Below, one piece after another: positions 1 to 12,667 of a stretch of 64,000 bases of DNA. The notes under the pieces are model-generated. The model did no database searches. It was not told where the DNA came from and saw nothing but the letters and a program-made list of their open reading frames with translations. The position numbers and the translations under genes are program-made. Origin of the DNA: Klebsormidium nitens (lineage: Eukaryota; Plantae; Klebsormidiophyceae); NCBI GenBank assembly GCA_000708835.1, contig DF237336.1, positions 1-64,000 on the forward strand. Reading direction: 5' to 3'. How positions within the stretch are numbered: position 1 is the first letter of the stretch; each line of letters opens with the position of its first letter.

Positions 1-97
1 TAAAACCCTAAAACCCTAAAACCCTAAAACCCTAAAACCCTAAAACCCTAAAACCCTAAAACCCTAAAACCCTAAAACCCTAAAACCCTAAAACCCT
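1..97. repeat. Telomeric repeat array (TAAAACCC)n, i.e. TTTTAGGG on the minus strand
   Basis: 12 perfect TAAAACCC units from base 1, with the C-rich strand on +, as expected at a left chromosome end. The 8-mer TTTTAGGG variant is known from Chlamydomonas and Klebsormidium. Confidence 0.98.
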
Positions 98-151
98 CAA
101 CACTCTAACTACAATTGGTTATATGTTTAGTACCGCGAACTCATCAGTCGC

Positions 152-240
152 GCGGGATTGGCTCAGTTGGTTAGAGCGTCAGTCTCATAACATAAGACTA
201 AGAAATCTGAAGGTCGTGAGTTCGATCCTCACATCCCGCA
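152..240 (+). tRNA. trnM-CAT: tRNA-Met(CAT), elongator type, with a 15-nt intron (190-204)
   Basis: Acceptor stem GCGGGAT (152-158) pairs with ATCCCGC (233-239), discriminator A240. D arm GCTC/GAGC, anticodon CAT at 186-188, T loop GTTCGAT. The intron follows position 37 and contains AGACT, complementary to the anticodon arm. G1-C72 pair and an intron fit plant elongator tRNA-Met. Confidence 0.95.
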
Positions 241-251
241 ACGTCGACCAC

Positions 252-260
252 TTTTTTTTT
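252..260 (+). terminator. RNA polymerase III oligo-T terminator of the tRNA-Met gene
   Basis: T9 run 11 nt downstream of the tRNA 3' end. Confidence 0.7.
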
Positions 261-486
261 GGCACAAGAGCCTCAACCGACAAAGGGGCCCACATGCAAC
301 GTCCTTGCACGGCTCACGTTGAACTCCAACTTCCAAGTGACGGCAGGCTGCAGCAGGGTCTAGACTCTAGAGCCTGAGGAACCCTGTCTTGCACGCCAGA
401 TTCGGTGGCCAGAAGATATTACTCGAAGACACAGGGACTCAGCTAGGAGAGAGGGTAGAGGTGAGCGCCTCGTGGGGCGGTTTGCC

Positions 487-3221
487 ATGGAACGTATGGA
501 GAGCTTTCAGGAGCTGGACGCGGATGCTGTGTCTGATTATGCTCGCAGGTTTGCGGAGAGTGAGCAATTGCAACATGCGGAGGAGGAAGATGATTGGGTT
601 GACCTGCGCAGTATGGCAGCAGGGGGCAGTGGGGACGAATCCAGCCGAGATGACATGTACATGGCCAATGCCAGCCCTCGCACAGATACAAGTGAGGACT
701 TCCTGGAGGAAGATGCCCAAAGGATGCAGACGGGAAACGAGGACCAACACATGGAGGGAAGGGATGGCCACTCCAGGCAGCGGCAGGGAGAAGGAGACAT
801 GGATGTAGGGGCGCACCAAGACAAGAAGGGGCTGCCAACAGCGGGGTCAGCCTCGGACAGCGCCCTGCCTTTGTCACCTGAAGAGCAGGCTGCGCAGAAG
901 GGAAGAATGGAGCATGGTTGTTCCCACTACCGGCGGCGGTGTCGCCTGCGTGCCCCTTGCTGCAATGAAGTCTTTACGTGCCGGCACTGCCACAATGAGG
1001 CCAAGAACGCGGGGGAGGAGGACCCCAAGCTGCGGCATGACTTGCCGCGCCACGAAGTCACCTCTGTGGTGTGCATGCTCTGCAACATGGAGCAGCCTGT
1101 GTCGCAACGCTGCAGGAGCTGCGGGGTCACATTCGGGGAATACTTCTGCGACAAGTGCAGGTGAGCACCGCGTCATTTCAACCTGGCGCCCCACTGTGGC
1201 CGCCAGGGGCCAGCCCACAATCCAGCTGCTGCTCTTGGATTTATCATGCCTGTATCGAACAACACTTGACACAGATGTGCAGTGTGCCAGCACTAGATAT
1301 TGTGGGCCAAGGGAGGAGCAAAGGGCCAATCGGGAGCAACCCTAGCTTAATTTGTTGTTTGCAATTCCCCGTTTCGTGACGTTGGTGCCTTTTTGGAATT
1401 GCACATACTGCTGCATTGTTGACTTGAGACAGCACATTGAACCACATCTTGCTCTTTCCAGGTTCTTTGACGATGACATTTCCAAGGAACAGTGAGTTGC
1501 GCCCCCTCGCCCGGCCAGCTCCAGTTATGGACTGGACACTAGGAATCGGCCGGAAACACCCGCAAGCTCTCGACCTCTCGGTGCCCAGATTGTCTGCAAC
1601 ACATGGTGGCCCTGCTTCTAGTCTCGAAGATTAGTCTCGTGATTTGTGTAAACTGAATCAGGGATGCTGTGAGTGTGCCCTCAGCCCTGCTGCCCCGCTG
1701 CCTGTCTGTGAGCGTGCCTGCTGAGCGCCGTGCTGCGTGCCAGGTTCCACTGCAACGATTGCGGCATCTGCCGCATTGGCGGCCGCGACAAGTTCTTCCA
1801 CTGCGCCACGTGCGAATGCTGCTACGCCATGTCCCTTCAGGACAAGCACAAGTGCGTCGAGAAGTCGATGCACCACAACTGCCCCGTCTGCTTTGAGGTG
1901 ACCCCCCAGCTCTGGCTCTTTGCGCGCCCTTCCGCTGCGCCCCTCATGAAGTCTGGCTGCCTTCGTACCCGTCAGCCCTGCATCTCAATCTTCTTCTTGC
2001 TAGCATTGCGCGAAGCGCGGTCTGCATCCTCTGAGCCGCGCGCTGACTGGCTGCTCTGCTCTGCTCCTTCCTCTGCTGCGCAGTACCTGTTTGACAGCGT
2101 GCACAGCACCAGCGTCATGGTCTGTGGCCACACCGCCCACCACGCCTGCCTCGAGGAGATGCGCCAGCACGGCCAGTGAGTGCGCCGCCCCCCTTGACAC
2201 ACCCTCATGCACCAGCAGGTGCTTGCCTGGCCGCCTCAATCAGCTTGCTATTTGCAGCGTGGTTCAGGGCACTGCCCAGCTTGCTCGGATGTGTAGCTTG
2301 TCTTGTACCGAGTACGGGCCAAGGCTATCCGTTAGCCGCCCCATTCCGTGGCCAAGTGCGTTGCTGAGGTGTGAGCGCACTTCTCCCCGCAGCCACCACC
2401 ACGCGCTCCAGCATGCTTGCGGGCCACAGGGGCTGCCCAGCTGCACCCCTGCTTGTGTGCATCCGCGCTCGTCCTCTTGATGCAGCCTCCGCTGAGGGTT
2501 GCTGCCTGCTCGGCGTTGCAGGTACAACTGCCCCATCTGCTCCAAGAGCCTGTACGACATGGCCCCCGTGTGGGCGCAGCTGGACGCTGAGGTGGAGGCC
2601 ACGCCCATGCCGCCAGAGTACCGCGACAAGCTGGTGAGGGAGCGGCGAGGCAGCACCCTAGTGGGACAGCGCTGGGCCAAAACAGCCTCTGTACACTGGA
2701 CTGGCAGTTAGTGAATGTTGCAAATGAAATTCCTAGCATGTTTGCAAAGGCAGCGGGTATTCACCTCAGGTTTATGTGCGTACCCCTTGGATAGGCGCGG
2801 CCACCGTTCAAAGTGGTCAAAAACAGCATCAGAAGATTGAGCCGGAAGAAGCTCCGGGAATCACGGTTCAGTGTTCCAAGCAAGCTTCCTGCTTCAAACA
2901 TGCTTTGGCATTCTCATATGTCTCGTAACAGTCTGTTCTGTATCATAGTGGCCTTGCTAATAACGTGCATAAATCATTCGGTTGCATTAGCCTGCGCTTG
3001 ATCTCCTTCCTGCTTTTCAGGCCGTTGTTTAGCCTCTTGCGCGGCCTGCGTTGCAGGTGTGGATCTTGTGCAACGACTGTGGGGGTATCAACGAGGTGCG
3101 CTTCCACCTCGTGGCGCAAAAGTGCCCCGTGATTGACTGTGGCTCTTACAACACGCGGCAGACGCGCGCCAGTGGGAACGCCGCCACTGCAGCTGCCGCA
3201 GGGCCCAGCCACACGGGATAG
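487..3221 (+). CDS. RCHY1: CHY zinc finger / RING-H2 / zinc-ribbon E3 ubiquitin ligase (Pirh2/RCHY1, plant MIEL1/CHYR-like), about 408 aa
   Basis: Exons 487-1160, 1462-1491, 1744-1897, 2084-2175, 2522-2633, 3057-3221, all GT-AG and in frame. Motifs [77 protein letters not shown]. Confidence 0.93.
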
Positions 3222-5673
3222 ACAAAGAGAGGAGCAAAGGGAAATCGGGGATCATACGCAATGGATAGGGATAGGTGTTCATCGAACGAAGACTCCACTG
3301 GTAGGAAGGGCAGGCAGGTCACAGTCTAGGAAACATGTTGACTACGATGCTGTGCATAGTTAGAGGCTAGCAGCCATTGTAGCTTTAGAGAGTAGAAGAA
3401 AAACTTGCTCTGCAAAGGGGTCAGCCGGGAAAAGCGACACCACAAGTGTTGCCGCTTCAAGGGCTGTGATTGGTGGACTCTCAGCGCAAAAACCGTCATC
3501 ATAGCATGCGGTCTGATTCGAAGTGGACATAGTAGGTATGGTCGATCAGGTTTAACAGTGGCATGTGGGACTGCCCACAGATTGACATGTGTGGGCACGA
3601 CCAGTTTAAACTTCGGTGAATGATGCTGATACTAGCTTGCGAATTGAGCTTTCCTGGCATTTGATTAGACTGGTAAATCATCGAATCCATGTTTTTTGTT
3701 TTCGCATAACTCACGTCCGACTTGACGCACTGTTCAGCGTATAATGTCGGCAACCTTTATATGTGGATTTTTTATGGTACATAAGCATTGAATCCGACAC
3801 CATGCCCTTAATCTGAGAGCTATTCCGTATCGACGCATGGAAGACGGACCGACAATCGAGTCTGATCACTTGTTTGTTAGATCGACCGGACAGAATCAAT
3901 CTTGCTAGCTATCTTTGGGAACGCAAGTGGCCGCGGTGCATGCAAGAATTGGAGCTTCCTGCTCGATCTGCCATTTGTCTACTATATTGAATGATAATAT
4001 AGGACCCGGACACTTGAAGGATTCAAATAAGACGAAGTTCTCCGAGGCTCGATCGTGCAAGCTCGGTACGTCGGGCAATTAGCGTGTATACTTAGCATGA
4101 GCTCTAGCCTACAGTGCACCGTCCCCAGGGACGGTGCACTAGGGCTAAGCAATGGTACTAGCAAATTAAAGCCTCGATAGCTTACCGTCATGTATATGCG
4201 CCGTTATTGCAGTGATTGCACAGCGTGGCGAGGCAAATCTATGAGATTTTGATGCACGGTGAATCATATATTGCGGCGGCAACGATCGGCGTACGTGCAT
4301 ATGCCAGTGGCCGCGCTTCGAGTCTAGACACATGAAATCGGGAGTCGTTAAGAACCGGACTAAGAGCAAGCTCCCGGAGTCCGACTCTCAGCGACGCAAT
4401 CTAATTTCGATCTTCGATAAGTCAGTGCCTATAATATAGTCTAGCATATTTGAAGAATAAGCCAAAGACACACATCAAACATGTATGCCATGAGAAGCCT
4501 ATGGCCTATTTGGCTACGGCCTACTAATTTGAAAGTGAGACCATCATAGTTTCAACGATCTGCTAGCCCGTAGTACGTCGGGCCCTCGCTAGCATAGGTT
4601 GCAGTCCGTTAGAAGCTTAATGATATATAGACTGATGGACCATGCATGGATAGTTGCGGACCGACGACGTTGCTATAGGAGCTAGATTTGCATGCAGGGC
4701 CGGAGGGATTTAGCACATCTGCAGAACTAGATTCGGTAGGGTACGGTAGCTAGGCGTTCAAATTTGTTAATTCCCATGTATAAGCCACGGAAGCCTATAT
4801 GGCCCAAGCAATTACGGCGTTTGAAAAGAGAGCATCCGATCGAATCAGCGACCATCACTGTATCATTTGCCAATAGCTGCATACGCAATCTCGACACAGC
4901 CGCGCCGGCCCGCAGGCGCGTGAGCTTATACATACGCGTATAAATGTATGATTGAATGTGCATGAAATATTCACTAATCAGTATATGTGCTGTGGGGCGC
5001 GCATGTGTAAGCTTCCGTACCGTACATCTATATATGATTTGCATGCATGTTATATGCCACGCGTAGGTTGACCGGACTGAAGCATGATCCCATGCATCTG
5101 TGGGCCAAAATGCTTTGCACATGTTCCGACAACATGCAGCCGTATATGGACATGGAAGAATCTGTAGAATTCAGGGGTTTTGATTAAGACTCAACAATTT
5201 CAGGAACAATTACAGTCTTCAACCAAACCCTGAATTTCTTGGTTCAATGGTCTGACTGAACGAAACGTTGACATTGGGACATCTAATATCACTTGAGTGT
5301 CATGAGTCTCGGCTGAGACCGCAATATCAACGGACCCATATCACGGTCCGCAAACACAGCTCACTGAAACAATTGTAAACCGTCCCGGTCGAATAGTCAC
5401 TGTCGACTTTCGAGTCAGAGACAACAATTGGTCTTCTGCCTGTACAATGATCAGTGCTCCTTATCTTACAATTCTTAGATTGCTAGGATGTTCTGACGAG
5501 ATACAGATCAAACTTCGAAGTCTTTCGATGATGTACACTCTGATCGCTCACTGTCACCACCTCGCCTACTCATTAAATGCTGTCGGTATGCACATTGGCA
5601 CCTAGACAACAACTTATTCAAACAAGTTTGTCCCTACACCCAGCTGCAGGCCCTGCATCTCGGCGTTTACATC

Positions 5674-8600
5674 TCAAGTGGCCGCCCCTTGCAGCGCTTT
5701 CCGGTCCTTTCCTGCAGCTGCACCGTCATGCCGCCGTGCAAACTTTAGCTTGGACTTCATTTCGCCGGTGACGGTGGTGGTGATCTCGGTGTCCACCACC
5801 ACCGTGTCGTCCTCGCCCACCTCCCCCCGCAGGATCAGCCGCGCAATCTCGTTCTCGATCTGCCGTTGGATCACACGCTGCACGAACCCACACCCTCGAG
5901 CATCAGCCACGTGCATCTTGTCATGGTGGCCACAGGCAAGCCGCCCTGATACGGACCGAAAGGAGCAACACGCTGCCAGCAACACAGGGCGACTCCAGAG
6001 GCGGATAGATCACGCTATGGACGATGAACACGCTCTGGCACGTCACACTGTCCGCTCCTACTCTGCGACCCGCTGTGCGCTCGGCTCACCTTGACAGGGC
6101 GGGCCCCGTAGGCGGGGTCGTAACCCATGACGCCCAGCAGCTTGATCGCGCTCTCTGTCACCTCAATCTTGATCTTACGGTCGGCCACCCGCTGCCGCAC
6201 GCGGTCCAACTGCACACAAGAGGCAACGGAACAATCAGCACACGGGCGGAGCACCTCGATCGGGGCTGGACATACCAGGACGGCAGGCAGGCAAAGAAAG
6301 CAGCGAACAGGTGTTGGAGTCAGTCGTGGCAGGCCAGGGCGTGACGCAGCAGAGGAGGGCGGTGCGCGTGACGGGGCCTGACCTGCAGCCGCACGATCGA
6401 CTCGATCTGGTCGGGTGCGAGCTGCTGGAAGACGATGTACTCGTCGACGCGGTTGATGAACTCGGGGCGGAAGTGCGCGCGCGCAGCGTCCAGCACGCGG
6501 TCGCGCATGGCCTCGTAGACGGTCTCTGCGCTGCCTAGCGCGGCGTCGAGGCCGGCGGTGATGTACTGGCTGCCGATGTTGGACGTCATGATGAGCACCG
6601 TGTTGTTGAAGTTGACCACGCGGCCCTGGCTGTCCGTCACGCGCCCGTCGTCCAAAATCTGCAGCACGCCAACATGCGCGCCACCCACGTCAGCACGGGT
6701 AAAGAGATCGAGGCAACAGGACAAGCAGAGGCCGCGGCGCTCACGCGCGACAGCATGTCAGTACCGAAACAGCAGGGTACCGCCAGGTGTGGCAGCGTGC
6801 AGCACCTTCGAACGTTGTGCAGGTTCGAAGAAAGAGGACCCGAACCGTTGCCGCGCCTGGTGTGCGGTGGGCTGACCTGCAGGAAGATGTTGAAGACGTC
6901 GGCATGCGCTTTCTCGACCTCGTCAAAGAGCACGACGGAGTAGGGCCGCCGGCGCACGGCCTCCGTCAGCTGGCCGCCCTCCTCGAAGCCGACGTAGCCG
7001 GGGGGCGCGCCCACCAGCCGGCTCACGCTGTGCTTCTCCATGTACCTGCAAGCAAGCGGCAGCGCGGGGGGTCAGCCACGGAAGACGAGCAATCAACGGG
7101 CACAGGAACGAGCCGGAACAGCTCCTCAAGGAAGCGGGCAATATGCAACGGCATGACCAGTGAAAGCAGGCACCAAGGGGGGTGGGTCCTCGATAGAAGC
7201 CTGGCAAGCTCCACTTTCCTCGACATTGCCCACGTTCGAACTGCCCATGTTCGAAGTGCATCATAAGGTCTGTCATGCGAGCGCAGTCACCGGGCGGCCT
7301 GCGCAGCGGTGGGGTTGCGTGCGGGCGCTCACTCGCTCATGTCGATCCTGACGAGGGCTTCCTCGGTATTGAAGAGGTAGGTGGCGAGCGCCTTGGCGAG
7401 CTCGGTCTTGCCGACGCCGGTGGGCCCCATGAACATGAGGCTGGCAATGGGCTTGTTGGGGTCGGACAGGCCCGCGCGGCTGCGCTGGATGGCCTCCGCC
7501 ACGGCCGTCACCGCCACGTCCTGCCCCACCACGCGCTTGTGCAGCTCCACGTCCAGCTGCAGCAGCTTCTCGCGCTCACTCTCCTGCACGCGCGCACAGC
7601 AGCCAACGACAATGCGTCAGCACACAGACTAACAACAGGCGTGCTCCAAGTGGCAGGAAACTTGGATGACGAGGACCATAATGAACGGCTTTGCATCATC
7701 TTGAACCTCGTCATCGCGACTGGCAAACAAACCAATTGCACTGCCACTCTCGGGCTCTGCCTCATCTGGATATACGCCCAGCAACCTTGCACAAACGCCA
7801 CGAAGCTCCCCGCACAGATCGTCCAGATATGAGTTGCGGGACCCAGCAGAAGCGATTATTTGCTCCGCGTCAGCTCTGCCTTACCTGCAGCTTGGAGATG
7901 GGGATGCCGGTCCAGCGCGACACAATCTCCGCAATGTCCGCCTCCGTCACCTCCTCGCGCAGCATGGACGCGCCGCTGGACTGGTACGCCGCCAGCGCGG
8001 CCTCCGCGCCGTCCAGCTGCTTCTGCAGCGTGATCAGGCTGCCGTACTTGAGCTCCGCGGCGCGATTCAGGTCGTAGTCGCGCTCGCTCTGCTGGATCTC
8101 CACGTTGACGCGGTCCATCTCCTCCTTGATGCTCTGGATGCGCGTCATCACGCCCTTCTCGTGCTCCCACTGCTCCGTCAGCTCGCGCTGCCGCCCCTTG
8201 AGCGTCGTCAGCTCGTCGTCCAGCCGCGCCAGCCGCTCCTTGCTCGCGCGGTCCGTGTCGTTCTTCACGCTCAGCTTCTCCATCTCCAGCTTGATCACGG
8301 AGCGGTCCACCTCGTCCAGCGCCGTCGGCTTGCTCGTAATCTCCATCTTGAGCTTGGCCGCGCTCTCGTCCACCAGGTCGATCGCCTTGTCCGGCAGGAA
8401 GCGGTCGCTGATGTACCGGTCCGCCAGCAGCGCGGCCGCGACCAGCGCGGTGTCCGCGATGCGCACGCCGTGGTGCAGCTCGTAGCGCTCGCGCAGCCCG
8501 CGCAGGATGGACACCGTGTCCTCCACGCTCGGCTGGTCCACGTACACCTGCTGGAAGCGGCGCTCCAGCGCGGGGTCCTTCTCGATGTACTTGCGGTACT

Positions 8601-10980
8601 CGTCCAGCGTCGTGGCGCCGATGCACCGCAGCTCGCCGCGCCCCAGCATCGGTTTCAGCAGGTTGCTCGCGTCCAGCGCGCCCGCGCTCGCGCCGGCCCC
8701 GACCACCGTGTGGATCTCGTCGATGAACAGGATGACGCTGCCGTCGCTGTCGGTGACCTCCTTGAGCACGGCCTTGAGCCGGTCCTCGAACTCGCCGCGG
8801 AACTTGGCCCCCGCAATCAGCGCGCCCATGTCCAGGCTGATCAGCCGCCGCTCCATGAGCGCCTGCGGAACGTCGCCCGCCACAATGCGCTGCGCCAGGC
8901 CCTCGCTGATGGCCGTCTTGCCCACGCCCGGCTCGCCGATGAGCACCGGGTTGTTCTTGGTGCGCCGGCTCAGGATCTGGATGCAGCGCCGGATCTCGTC
9001 GTCCCGCCCAATCACGGGGTCCAGCTTGCCCTCACGTGCCGCCTGCGTCAGGTCCTTGCCGTACTTCTCCAGCGCCTCGTACTTGCCCTCAGGGTCCTGC
9101 CGGACAGCACGGAACACGTCAGCCAGCGAGACTGAGAGCAGCCAAAAGGCTTTGATAACCTTTGATGTACTGGTGTTCGTCGAAAAGCCCCCATCTGTGC
9201 TTTGGCGAAGCTCATCGCGGTTAGATGATTTGTACGTCTTGAGAATCCAATCTGCACGTGCTAACACCTCTCGTCAGTAAGTGGTTCTACATTCTGAGAA
9301 CTTGAGAAACACGATTATTCTGCATCTGGAGTAGACATGGCAATCCCTTCTCTATCTCCAATAAGGCTCCAAAACTCCAAAACTCCGGACTCCAAAACTA
9401 AAGGGGTACATGAACGGATCGCATGTCTACCCAAAATCCCGCCCTGAGTGACGCCTGTAGCCCACAGACACGCCACTAGGAAGTCTGAGTATCCTCAAAC
9501 GCCAGTTTCCGGGTCACTGCCTTCTCCTACCCTGAGCGTGCTACCGCCTGCCGCGCAAGCGCCCCTCACCTGGTCCGTGACGTTCTGCTTGCCTCGCACT
9601 GCTGCGATGGCCTTGTCAAGCGTCTGGCGCGTAAGCTTGAAGTCCTTGAGCAGCTGCTGGCCAAAGCGCTTGTCGTCCACAAACCCCAGCAGCAGGTGCT
9701 CCACGCTCACAAAGCTGTCGCCCATGCCCTTCTTGCTGCTGCGCGCACGGTCAATCAGCGCCTCCAGGTCCCGCCCCAGCATGGACCCGTACTCCACGCC
9801 GCTCGCCTGCAACGCCCAATCAAACCAGCCCTCGCTCAATACGGACCCAAAAAAATCCGTGGAAACAAGTAGAACAGTAGAGATATACTTGGAAACAGGA
9901 AAAGCAAAAGACAATTCATTCTACGCGGTAAAGTGGTGTTTCCCGAACAAAAGACAATGGGCCTCACTTCCTCTTTTAAACCTTTGTATTTTGTTAATTC
10001 CAAACTTTCAACATTTTGGCAGAACGTAAACGCTTTTAGCGTATGGTGGGGTGAATCGCCTATTTCACAATTCTGGTGAGTGTGATCGAGAAGGAGGCAG
10101 GAGAAACACAGGAAGTCAGCAAAGTGGCATAAACTGAAAACACGCAGTCAACCAGACCAGAGACTGTTACTCCTATGCCCATCGTTATGTGAATAGTCAC
10201 TGTCGCCAACGAAGGCACTTCGTATCTGCGCAGACTCCTTGCTGGGCCATGCATCTTGTGCCCAGAGGCGCAGGCGGCCTACCTTGGGCTGGCGCTGGAT
10301 GAAGCGGTCGGTGGCCTGCAGCAGCGCGGTGTTGTCGGCCTCGGCCTTGCTGAAGATCCTGCGCGCCAGGCCGTTGCGCTGCTCCAGGAGGGCCTTCATC
10401 AGGTGCTCCGTCTCCACAATCTGGTGCTTGTTCTCCTTGGCCACGTCCGGCGCCGCCAGCACCGCCTGCCACGCCATGTCCGTGAACTCCCCCTGCGATA
10501 TCTGCGCAACCAACAAACACCAAATCAGAGTCTTCTTTGATGGATACTACGCCATTGGCGTCAATTCGCATCATTTCAATCGCATCTATGGAAACAAATC
10601 TAGCGGCTCCACGGATGTATGCCGAAAGTGTCCGAACGGTGGCTCAAAAAGGATGCCGCTTCTGGCTGCTTCCAGCTTACCTTGCCTCCTCCTCCTGCTG
10701 CAGCTGCCGCTCGCGCCGGTGTTCCGCGAAAGTGGCGCGGACGACCCGCCGGAGAAAACCCTCCTGCCGGCTGCCACGCTAGTGCCGCATGCTGACTGGG
10801 AGAGGGACAGGCGCGCAAGCCAGCATGAGTTGGAATTAGCGGAGTGCTTCTATTGAATCGTAGCCTGCCTAATTGGATTGATGCCGCTTGGCCGCCCTGC
10901 TTGGTGCGTGGCTGGGGCGCGGAGCAGGCAATGCTGGGGGGGGCCAGGTGCCCTAGGTGCAGCACGGTAGAGGAGGCCAT
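5674..10980 (-). CDS. CLPB3: Organellar (probably plastid) ClpB/Hsp100 chaperone, about 995 aa
   Basis: Exons 10980-10681, 10501-10283, 9806-9570, 9096-7885, 7583-7333, 7045-6877, 6658-6383, 6209-6090, 5877-5674. Walker A motifs GEPGVGKT and GPTGVGKT, Walker B LFIDEIH and LFDEVEKAH, a coiled-coil middle domain, and an Ala/Ser/Arg-rich transit-peptide-like exon 1. Plastid versus mitochondrial targeting is inferred. Confidence 0.96.
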
Positions 10981-12667
10981 GGCCAGAGCGCGCTCCAACA
11001 CTGCGGAACGTACCGACCCCAACAAGCTGCAAACCCCCGGAAGACGAACGGCAAACGCCTGAAGAGAAATGGTGGCAGAGCAAGCAATGCCAACAAGGTC
11101 AACCCTGCTAGGTGCCCCTTGCAAAACGGAAACCTCGTATAAATCAGTGCACCGTCTCTTGGATGCAAGCAGCGAACCCAATTGCCCGCTTCAACTGATG
11201 ATAAAGCCTTCCGTGGTTTTGTGAAGCTGTAAATTCTACAAGTACCTAATTGGATTCTTGATTAAGTTGATGTGGAAGAAGTTTGCTCCTTGAACGGCCT
11301 GACTTTTCCAGAATTCTGAAATCGAACTTGAAGTGCTTTCTTTCTTTGACCAAATTGAGCGTTGTGACTCTGACTCTGAGTGAGCATGCACAGCCTGCCC
11401 TTCGGAGGGTTCGCGAGCAATCTAGAAACGATCCGGGAGTTGAAAAGCCCGGACTTTTCACACCGCTGGTATTAACAGACGTCGCATGATGACGCGTCAG
11501 CGCCCGTTCGTCATCCAACGGCTGTACACAGGTACTACTCTAAGCTCGGCTGGCCGAGGGTAGCGTACCGTACTTTTCATAACCGTTACCAACCATTACT
11601 AAGTTATGTCAGCCTTGAGGGACCGTGTTGGCACCGGGCATTCATTCGAGGGCCAGTGCGGTGCTCGTTCTAGTTAGGCCTGGCCAGGTTGCGTATCTGA
11701 CCGGCGACGTGGTTCTGTGTACGCAAGAGCTGCTGACCGGGCATGGGGCAAGCAAATCGGACAGAGCCACGTGGACAGGTTGATGCGTGAGCGCCTTGAA
11801 TTGCCGCCATCTTTAGACTTCAAGTTCAGGTTGCGTCCTCCGAGTCCTGTACTATTACTACCTATCCGCGAGCAGCACTGGCAGGCCGGACTCGTTTTGC
11901 AGTGCATGACGGGGCTGGTTCCGCAGGTCTGCTGCGCATTCGCACATTCCCCTAGTGATCCCCTTCAGGAGTGGGGTGCAATTGGCGTCTGCGTCGAGTC
12001 TGTTCTTTCGGGCCAAGCGTGTCATGTCTTTTGCTTTCATTTGAGGCACTCTCATCATCGCACGGAGCATACTTCTGCAAGTTGCAGGTTTCTTTCTTGT
12101 CGGATGCTAGAGGAGTTCACTTTGCTGTGATACTATGATTTGCAATCCGCTGGAAAGCCCGTGCCTCCCTGAATAGGGCCAGCTTCTGCCGTTCCCAGCC
12201 CAGCGCATCACCAGAATCTGTAGAATACCCAGTGCGCGCTCCGCAAGTCGCTCGGGTCACTCACATCTCCAATCTGACTTGGGGCCAAGGGGCGCGTGGG
12301 CCTAACACAGTCGGGACAGCCACATTCTTAGGTGTCATGGCCCATCGGTAATTGTGGTCATGACATTTTTGTAGGTTGTAGCGGGCGGAGACCCGTGCGG
12401 CCATGGCATGTGCGTGGAGCGGGCACCATCAGATGCAGCACGCTGAGCAGTCACACATATCCCTCAACCAAGGAACGCAGCAGGATACGCTTTCCTATAC
12501 CGACTGGCATAGGCCGCATCATTGTGGGCAGCACTACGAAGGACCCGACATTGATGAGAACAGTAGGCGACACTCACGGCCAAAGCAGCTACCGGAAGTG
12601 AAGCGTGCAGAGCGTAGGCTAGTGCCTTTTTTGTAACTAGGACACCACGGCATCGTTGGGCCCAACA

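Noticed and set aside
9097-9267. In-frame N-terminal extension of the ClpB exon 4 ORF
   Set aside because: It lies in the intron upstream of the acceptor at 9096; the spliced ...VTDQ|DPEGKY... junction matches ClpB exactly.
7834-9280. Long + strand ORFs (433 aa, 257 aa) and the alternative-frame - strand 256-aa ORF over ClpB exon 4
   Set aside because: Antisense or frame shadows of a GC3-saturated exon, with no recognisable domains.
11305-11320. Heat-shock-element-like TTCCAGAA upstream of ClpB
   Set aside because: Only two in-register nGAAn units, which is expected by chance.
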